Source of the DNA: the human T2T-CHM13v2.0 reference genome, Homo sapiens
Assembly (NCBI RefSeq): GCF_009914755.1
Contig: NC_060930.1
DNA length: 64,000 nt
Strand: one strand, 5' to 3'
The notes under the pieces were generated by a model, which was not told where the DNA came from, searched no databases, and was given only the letters and a program-made list of their open reading frames with translations. The translations under genes and the position numbers were made by a program. How positions within the stretch are numbered: position 1 is the stretch's first letter; each line of letters starts with the position of its first letter. Below, piece by piece: positions 55,267 through 64,000 of this stretch.

Positions 55267-57508
55267 TAGTGTTTTTTTGGTTTTTTTTAAGGGAAAAAAA
55301 TATGAGTAGGTTTAGGGTTTGATGCTTCTTTGACTCTAGTTTCTTACAGAGTTTCTGTTTTGATATATAATATTTTATTACCTGTCCTCTTTCTGTTGCT
55401 AAGCAGATGGGACATGTTGCTATGTGACATTTTACACGACCACTTTTATGCAGCTTCAACAGTAATGACCAGGGGTCATGAAAACATAATCACACACACT
55501 AAAAACTGGAGCACTTGCCTTTTTGTTTCTGGAAAACTACAAATAATATACTCAAAATAGTTTCTTAGGATATAACAGTCATGATAATATATTTATTAAA
55601 TAAGTTTTTTACTATATATTACCCCTTTAGAGGTTCACAAAGACCCAGTATAAACATCATCATCATATTTCAGGTGAGAAAAAGGAGACTATGAAAAGTC
55701 AGATCAAATGAAAAATACATGGCCACGAGGGGAAATGAGTTCTATTCATTGGACTTTTTAACCCAGAAAATATCAAAATTCTCTCCAAAGCAAAGGAAAG
55801 CTGGAAGTTTTACACTTGCACTAACAGCTAATTTCAAGATATATTTTTACTTCCTATAGCTCTAGGTGCTAACTTTACATCTTTCTTACTCTTTAATGAT
55901 ACTTAATAATAATGTTGACAGATATCAATTACCTGATACTGAGTTCTACTAGGCAGCCAAATAAATGTTTTCCCTATACCAGCCCACAATATCCTCACAA
56001 CAGCGGAAGATTATGAAGAATCCAAGACTCAGGAATCTAAAATCAAGGTCATTTAACACATCGTGGAGCCAGGATTAAAAGTGACATGTGCTGACTTCTA
56101 AACCTACACTTCTAACCACTACACTGTACTGTCCCAGCTGCCAGGTCTTTCAGAATTATCAGAAGTCTCTTTGCATTTGAGTACAGGTTGTTCTTTCATA
56201 CCTACAGTTTTAATTAATGTTTCTCATTCTCAAAGAACACAGTACAAATGTGTTTAAAAAGCAATAAAACATTTGCCTTCAGAAGGCATGGTAAATAGTT
56301 GGATGATAGAGAACTGAAAGACAATTAGCATACAATGACAATAATGCAGGTATATGTGCACGTAATTAATTGCTCTAGAACACACAAAACAGAGAAAAGC
56401 CAGTGGCCCAGTATGTGGTTCACTAGAATGAGCACTGCAACAGGGACCCAAAACCTGATTTTTGGTTCATTTTTAACATGCATTTATTAAATATTGAATA
56501 GATGCAAAGAAACATTTAAAAAACATTTGTAAATATCTGTAGTTGAAGAACCACAGCAAAATCAATGCTTATCTCTGGACCATAATGTTAAAATAGAGCA
56601 TTAACGTGATCTGTGGCGTCCCTGCTTCCCTCCTTCCATGAGGAACTACTTTCCTAAATCTCATGTTTCTCATTCCCTTTGTTTCTTTGTAATTTTATCA
56701 CACAATTTGCATCCAGAAACAATGTATTGCTTAGTCGCTTATAATTTAGAACATAAACTTTCCTATATTCATCAGTAGTATTCTGTGACTTGCTTTTTCC
56801 GTAACATTAGATTTCTGAGATTCATGCATGTACTTGCTTGTTGTTACTTGTGGCTGAAGTTCATTTCCTTGATTTTCTGCATGTATGTGGATACACCATT
56901 TTTCGTATGACTATACCATATATTTTATCCATGCTCATTTTAATGGGCATTTTCATTGCTTCCAGTTTTTTGCTAGTATAAAAGTTACCAGCCTAAAGAT
57001 TTTCCTATCTTTCTTATACAAAAATTTCTCTAGAGTATATCCCTGCAAGGAGACTTGCTGGCTCACAGGATGTGCATACGGTCAACTTTCCTAGATAACA
57101 TCTAGTGATATTCCACAGTGTTTGTACAAGGTATACACCTTCAGTGTGCAAAAGTTATGGTTGCTCCATAGACTTACCAAAAATTGTTTCAGTCAACCTC
57201 CTAATTTTCACCTATCTGCTGCTGAGTATGAAATGCTATTTCATTATGGTTTTAACTTGCATTTCTTTGAAGACTATTGAAATTAAGCTCCCTTTCATTT
57301 GTTTAGAAACTGTTCAAGTTTCTTCTTCTGTGAAGTACCTGTTCTAGTCTTATTGTCCATTTCTGCACTGGGTTTTCTTTTTCAGTCTGATTTGCATGCA
57401 TTCCTTATGTATCCTGAATACTAATCAATTTTTAGCTATGTGTGCTACAAATACCTTCTCTCGGTCAGAGGCAGATGTTTTCACATTCTCTATGAGGTCT
57501 TTTTATGA

Positions 57509-57858
<350 letters not shown>

Positions 57859-58858
57859 AGTTTGTGGTTCTTTTTAAAGACATCTATCCTTACACTAAGG
57901 CTATGTGGATCATCTCATCCATCATTTTCTAAAAGTTTCAGTTTTGCCTTTCACGCTTCAGTATTCAATCATCCCAGAACAGATATCTGTGTTGTATAAA
58001 ATATGAGGTCTAATTTAACTGTTATATTATATGGATGGTTCCAATGTCATTGGTTGAAAATTTTATATTTTCCTTAGGGCCCTGCAATGCCATCTGGATC
58101 ATAAATCAAATTTCCAGACATGTGAGGATGTATTTGGGGCCCTCTGTTCAATTTAATTATTGTCTTTGTTAGCCCATTTGGCAATATCATATTGTCTTAA
58201 TTATTCTACATTTACATTAATTCTTGGTATCTGGCAGGAAAATTTCTTCACCTAAGTTTTTGGTTCTTGACCCATGTCTGAGTTCTACATGGCTCCTGAC
58301 TCTTTCAAATAAATTGTAGGATCAGTTTTAAAGCATCACCAAAAATATTATGAGTTTTAATGGAATTTTAATCTATTAAATATATTATTTAATTTTTATT
58401 AAAATTTGCATCTTTAGGATATTGAATTTTCTTGTCCATGAATACCATAGAGTACTCCACTTATATAGGGCTTTTCCAATGTGTTCTCACAAAGCTTTAT
58501 TATTTTCCCTGTAAAAGTCATGCATATCTTTTATAGATTTTTTTCTGTAAGTGCTTTACATTTTTTGCTATTATAAATCACATTCTCTTTTTAAATATTG
58601 CCTACTTGTTTTTGAGTTATGAATAGAAATATATTGATTTTTTGTACATTGATTTTATATCTAGCCACCTTGCTAAATTCTCTTGCTAATTTAATAAATA
58701 ATCTGCATATTATTTTGTTTTCTACACAGTTATATGCAAATAATAACCATCTCATTTTTTACAAACCATATACCTTCACAATTTACTTATTTATTTATTT
58801 TTGTCTTAATGAGCTGGTTAGAATCTCTAGTGTAATGTACATAAGAAATAGTAATGGT

Positions 58859-59172
<314 letters not shown>

Positions 59173-60162
59173 TCATGTTCTTGATCTTGAGTTAATTTTA
59201 AATTAACTGCGAATTATTCCACTAAAATGCTGCACATTACTTGAAGATAAATATTATCTACTTTTAGTCTGCTATAAGTTTTTATAATGAATAGATTATA
59301 GATTATGAATTTTATCAAAAGCTTTTTCCTTCATCTATTGAGGTGGTGTACTTTTCTCCCTTTATTAATATAAGAAATTAAAATTTAATTTTTTTCCATG
59401 TGAAGCAAGCCTTTAATTCCTGGAATAATGCCAATTTAGTCCAGTATTCTTTTTTATATAGTGTGTGATTCATTTTATTAATGTTTTGTTTAAGAAATGC
59501 TCTTCTCTCTCTATGCACAAGATCAGACTTTCTAGTTCCTACATTCGTTTGTATGAAATTTGAATAATTTATTCCTTGAATGTTACATAATCCACATTGA
59601 CTAAGTCATCTGGGAATAATGTTTTGTTTCAGTTTTGTTTGTTTCTTTGTGAAAAGGGGAAGTTTTTAACTGCTGAATCAATTTCTTTAATGATTATAGG
59701 ATTATGTGATGATCTATTCTTATTGCATTAATTATGGTAAATTATATTCTGAAGACTGTTTCCAGGTCTAATAAGACTTCGGCGTTAGCATAATGTTGTT
59801 TATTATTCTCTGATTATGAAGACTCTGCAGTAATATCCTCTTTTATTTCAAAATTATTACTTTTGCGCTCTCTTTTCTTGATCAATTTGGTTGGTGGATT
59901 GTCTTTGTAAAGAACAAAGTTTGGTTTTGTCGGTTTCATTTTACTTTCGTTTTTTATTTTATTGTAAATTCCACTTGATCTATTTTTAGGTTACATTCCA
60001 TTTAGGTTTTTTTAGTGTTATAAATAAAAATCTTAGCTCATTAATGTTCTGTCTTTTTTTGTCTTTTAATATATAGTATTTTTGGTTTTGTTCTATTCTA
60101 AAAATTTTCTAATTTTTATTATAATTTCCCATTTGGCCCATGCTTTACTTAAAATTATGTTT

Positions 60163-60480
60163 GTTTGTTTTGGGGGGGGGGTGTTACTGTTTGTTTGTTT
60201 GTTTTTGAGACAGAGCTTTGCTCTGTCACCCAGGCTGGAGTGCAGTGGCGAGGTCTCGGAGCCCCTGCTTCCCGGGTTCAAGGGATTCTCCTGCCTCAGC
60301 CTCCCAGGTAGCTGGGAATACAGGCATGTGCCACCATGTCCAGCTAATTTTTGTATTTTTAGTAGAGACGGGGTTTCACTATATTGGTCAGGCTTGCCTG
60401 GAATTCCCAATCTCAAGTGATTCACTTGCCTCAGCCTTCCAAAGTGCTGGGATTATAGGCGTGAACCACTTTGCCCGGCC
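60163..60480 (-). mobile_element. AluS with small internal deletion
   Basis: Reverse dimer; TSD a(a/g)aattatgttt; (TTTG)n tail containing a G run. Confidence 0.92.
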
Positions 60481-61768
60481 TAGAATTATGTTTCTTGATC
60501 TTCAAATGCCTATGGTTTTGTTGGTTATAGTTTGCTGTTGGTTTCTAACTCAATTGTTTTGTGCTCAAAAAAATGAATGAGATCAATCTTTGAATTTGTT
60601 GAGTCTTACGTGGTGGCCCAGTATATGATATTTTTTTCCATAAATAACTTGAGATAAATATAGTGTTCACAATTAGCTCTTGTTAATTAAGCTCTTTAGA
60701 TCTTCTCTATCTTTACTGATTTTTTTTGGTCAGCTTAATCTAACAAGCACTAAGACACAATTACTATAATGATAGACTTGGGTATCAACTTGCCTTTGCA
60801 GGCCAGTCAATTTTTGCTTTATAAGTTTTGAGGCTTGGTTACTAAGCACATATAAGCTCAATACACACACACACACACAAACACATAGACAACTTCTTGT
60901 TAGCTAGAAATGTTTATCATATAATCACTCCTTATCTCTAGTTAGCCATTTGATTTAATGTCTATTTCCTCTGACATCAATAGAACTCTCAAATTCCTTT
61001 GACTAGTATTTACCTGGTTACTTCTAAAGACATATATATGATAATATATAAGAAATATATATAAGTGTAAATCTATATGTGTGTATATGTATGTCTATAT
61101 GAAAAACATATATTATTAATATGTGTATATGTTTGTGTATGTACGTATGTATGAAAAAGATACATATGTATCTTTTTCTCTCTGTCTGCTTTTAAGATCT
61201 TCTGTTTGTCTTTGGTGTCTTGAATCTACTCTCTAATATCCCTATGTGTAGATTTCTTTGTGACTATCGTATGTCATTTATTATGGTCTCTGGCTTTGAG
61301 GATTGGTAACCTTAATAGCTGGAAAAAGTTTCATCGATTATTTATTTAATGATTGCCTCTTCTCCATTTTCTCCTTTAAGGACCCTGATTTATTTTCATC
61401 TCTCTTTCTTATTTTTCACCTGTTTTTCCTTATTCTGTATTACAAATAATCTTAGATTATTATATCTCTGTCCTAATGTGTATAATCTGTTTGTACCATT
61501 TGTTGAATGTTTATTTTCAAATATCACCTGTTTCCGTATTCCTAAAAACTAACTATATTTGATTTTTTAAATCTACTTGATCATGAAGTCTCTTGCTCAT
61601 TTTCAATTCCCTTTTTAATCTTTAAGCATATTGATAATGTATATTTTATTCTACCTGCCAGATAACTCTAATATTTGATGTCTTTGAGATTGTACTAACC
61701 TTTGTTTACACCAAGGCTCATTCACAGTGCCTTATTTCCTTGTATATTTTGTTATACTTGTATCTGAG

Positions 61769-62231
61769 TGATGAGGTTCAGGGTATGTTACCTCAAAACA
61801 TGGCACCTTGGCATTTGAAAAAAACAGCAGAAGCAAGAAGTTCTCACTGACCTTCTCCTGCCATTCTCCACTGAAGCAGGCCATCCAGAAAAGAATTTTC
61901 TGAACTTCCCCTAGAGTAAGTCATAAGACATTGAGGAAAGGAATAAAGACACAGAGTTGCTAAGAAGCATCCAAACAAACAGATCATGCTAAGTTCCCCC
62001 TGGTTTGTTACCATTAGATCATACCCTTTTGTCCTCCAATCATATTTCTGCAATAGTCATTCATAAAAACAGATTTCCCTGTTTCTTTGTGTCTTCATTT
62101 CTGAAGGCTCCCATGTCATGTAAAAGTTATAAATAAATTTGTATGCTTTCCTGTTCTAACCTGTCTTTTGTTATAGGGGTCTCAGCCATGAACCTTGTAA
62201 TGAATGGGTGAGGAATCTTTTCTCCCATACA
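61769..62231 (+). mobile_element. ERV1 solo LTR (MER34/MER39-like)
   Basis: TG...CA ends with 4-bp TSD tgag; caaaacatggcaccttggcatttg motif; AATAAA near the 3' end. Confidence 0.8.
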
Positions 62232-62701
62232 TGAGTTTATCTTTCTCAGCATTAGTCTTTGCTTCTGTCAGATGCCTGGTCATACTGGTAACCAAAGTTC
62301 ACTTTAAATTAAATTATTGGCTTAAGGTTCCTGAGACTATGCAGGTATAAAATTCAGATGTGAATTCTCAGGGTAAACATTCTCCCTTAACCACAGCCAA
62401 CTCCAAGGTTCAAGACAAGAGACCGCTCCTTCTATCAGTGCTACCTGTTCCCACACATACAATCCAGGACAGGGACCAGTTTAATTCTAGAGACTTTTAC
62501 AGTGAGGATGCAGCCTATTGGGGTCCCAGTTTTATTCTGCTGATCTCTTACTAGATTCCTGTCCTCTCCCCTCCTCTGTGGGAATGCAAAAGCCAAAGCT
62601 CAAGGTTATCTGGATTCAGCAAATACCTTCTTGGTGAAAGCAGCTTCCATGCTAATTTACATCTCCAGATCCCTGCTTTCACTTAGTTATTAACCTCTGA
62701 G

Positions 62702-62885
62702 TAAGTTGTCAGATTTAGCAAATAAAAATGCAGGATGCTCAATTACATTTGAATGTCAGATAAATAATTTTGTATACATATGTTTCATGCAATATTTGAG
62801 ACATACTCATATAATAAAATTATTTATTGCTTATCTGAAATTCAAATTTGACTGGATTTCCTGTGTTTGTTTTCTGGCAACACTG
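62702..62885. mobile_element. MER53 palindromic hAT MITE
   Basis: gttgtcagatttagcaaataaaaatgcagg...tttgaatgtcagataa / ttatctgaaattcaaa...tctggcaac; self-complementary arms. Confidence 0.88.
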
Positions 62886-63049
62886 CACTGAAGAAATTCT
62901 TATTTTCTTGCCAGTTCGTTGATGTATCTAGGGAGCCTTTTAAAAACTGAACAGCATTTTTGTTGTTTTCTGCAAGAAGGTCAGTCAAGTTTGCATACTG
63001 CTAGAAGCAGAACTCATTTTTGCCTTTCTCTTACCACCTACCCACCTTA

Positions 63050-63375
63050 TGAAACTGGGGAAGTTACTTGCCTCTGTGAACCTTAACCACTCACAGTATT
63101 CTGACTGCATATCCTGAAATTTGGAAAGGACCTTAGAGATCATCTCTTATAATCTCCTTATGTTAAAACACAGAAAACTGAGACTCAGACAAGTAAAACA
63201 ATAAGGCCAATATTATACCCAATTTAGCGTCAGGGTGGAAACCAGAAATCCTGCCTCCTCACTCATTCAGCATTCTTTCCATTCTACCATGTTGACCGTG
63301 AGGATCAAACGAGCTAAGTAATATCAAGGCACTAGGCAGAACATTGAAAGTACATAAAGCCTTAGAATAAAAGTA
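63050..63375. mobile_element. MIR/MIR3 fragments
   Basis: ttggaaaggaccttagagatcatct...agaaaactgagactcaga and gtgaggatcaaacgag. Confidence 0.65.
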
Positions 63376-64000
63376 AGGTACTCAAAATGATTTTGATTAC
63401 AGAGTCTAACACAAAAATTGGGCAGCTTAAATGTGAGATTTACTATGGAATAATATTTATGGAAGGAACCTCATAGGAATATAATAACATATTTATACAT
63501 TCTTTCCTTCTAGGAATCTTAAACATAACAATGAGAATTTTCTACAAATATTTAAAGAAAATTAATGATATTAAAATAAAATATCTGGCCAGAAATATAG
63601 TTTATTAAACAAGAATTTTTGGCCTAGAACATAATATATTCTCCATAGCAAATAAGACAAAAACAGAACTTAATTAGCAAAAGCCCTCTCTTCTTTTCTC
63701 CTTCCTCTTTTCTTACGAAGAAATGCTTTCAGAATGCTTAAGACTCTTACCATGCTACTTTCTTTGCTACAATCAGTGCATGATTGCCACTCAAATTGCT
63801 ATACTGGTCCTTTTTCCTCTAGCTCTGCATAAAAAGAAGATGCAGATGAATGGATTTTCTGTGGGTTAATTTATTAGGAGTGCAAAGCAATTATCAGCAA
63901 GGTAAATCATGGAACATGAAGTACACTGTTACATGCTGGTTGCTGTATAATGTAGGTCCCTTGGCCACAAATGCAATTAAAGTGTTATATTTTATTCCTT

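Overview
This is primate (almost certainly human) AT-rich, repeat-dense intergenic or intronic DNA, and I can see no intact protein-coding gene. It holds three retrocopies. The first is a KRT18 processed pseudogene (+, ~16318-17726). The second is a UQCRFS1 (Rieske Fe-S protein) processed pseudogene (-, ~41325-42789), split by an atypical L1 fragment. The third is a U6 snRNA pseudogene (-, 46024-46127). The largest structure is an apparently full-length old L1MA-type LINE (17842-29359, perfect 14-bp target-site duplication, TSD) carrying four nested insertions, including a 3.9-kb L1PA. The rest is about 20 Alu/FLAM copies, MaLR/ERV LTRs, MIR/L2 fragments, MER53, a Tc2-like DNA transposon and microsatellites. 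I found no evidence of a new biological system. The most interesting signals are repair and template-switch scars (a tailless fold-back L1 insertion, local templated insertions, a 28-bp perfect palindrome), ancestral-looking residues in the UQCRFS1 retrocopy, a (GGAA)17 tract, and a few candidate non-coding exons and hairpin clusters. Repeat subfamily names and parent-gene comparisons come from recalled consensus sequences and need RepeatMasker/BLAST confirmation.
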